This document shows positions 63,854 through 64,000 of a stretch of DNA of 64,000 nt, in pieces (the first letter of the stretch is position 1; each line of letters begins with the position of its first letter). The notes beneath the pieces were generated by a model. It saw only the letters and a program-made list of their open reading frames with translations, was not told the origin of the DNA and ran no database searches. The position numbers and the translations under genes are program-made. Source of the DNA: Andalucia godoyi And28 (lineage: Eukaryota > Protista > Jakobida). Location of the stretch: NCBI GenBank assembly GCA_009859145.1, contig VRVR01000026.1, forward strand, positions 252,446-316,445, read 5' to 3'.

Positions 63854-64000
63854 ATGGTGGTTTCGGAACGCAAACAACAGTATTTCGAGAAGCTTGTCCA
63901 GCTTTTGAAAAAGTATGAGAAAGTCCTTATTGTCGGCGTTGACAACGTCGGCTCCAACCAGATGCAACAGATCCGCCAGTCGCTCCGCGGCAAGGGTATT
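63854..64000 (+). CDS. RPLP0: 60S acidic ribosomal protein P0 (uL10), 5' part only; missing from the ORF track
   Basis: [48 protein letters not shown] matches the conserved P0 N-terminus. Confidence 0.95.
   Translation, partial: MVVSERKQQYFEKLVQLLKKYEKVLIVGVDNVGSNQMQQIRQSLRGKGI

Noticed and set aside
1-64000. tRNA, rRNA, spliceosomal snRNA genes and CRISPR arrays
   Set aside because: None recognised by eye; a tRNAscan-SE or Rfam run would be needed to exclude them formally.

Overview
Gene-dense, intron-poor eukaryotic nuclear DNA, roughly 50% GC in coding regions with AT/microsatellite-rich spacers. It looks like a compact free-living protist genome; a jakobid/discoban origin is only an impression and is unverified. 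About 33 protein genes are supported: a Cys-rich surface protein running off the left edge, TRM13, a CCR/DFR-like reductase, CutA, an OTU deubiquitinase, a 6TM-GAF adenylate cyclase, an RBR E3 ligase, a TOM1/GPR137-like protein, a putative transcription factor, RNase Z(L), a coiled-coil/C1q-like protein, dolichol kinase, an IQ protein, a claudin-like protein, a GT2, a DHHC acyltransferase, mitochondrial TypA/BipA, PAQR, SETD9-like, a PH-domain protein, a NEK kinase, a HAD-like protein, TRAPPC6, a START protein, a coiled-coil multi-TM protein, ELO, a Dad1-like microprotein, SEM1/DSS1, pyruvate carboxylase, RPLP0 (runs off the right edge) and two hypotheticals. Five short spliceosomal introns were reconstructed by hand, one of them GC-AG. 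Highlights: (1) an intact 2349-bp IS630/Tc1/mariner transposon with perfect 69-bp TIRs, TA target duplication and a DD37E transposase with a long N-terminal extension; (2) a ~300-nt intergenic segment with RNase P/MRP-like architecture but a non-canonical P4; (3) pyruvate carboxylase with Glu->Gln at the biotin-carboxylase catalytic base plus a 7-residue loop deletion; (4) a twice-repeated ~260-bp non-coding element; (5) an ORF with a myristoylation-type N-terminus interrupted by one in-frame TGA beside the transposon. All homology calls are from motif recognition by eye, not database searches.
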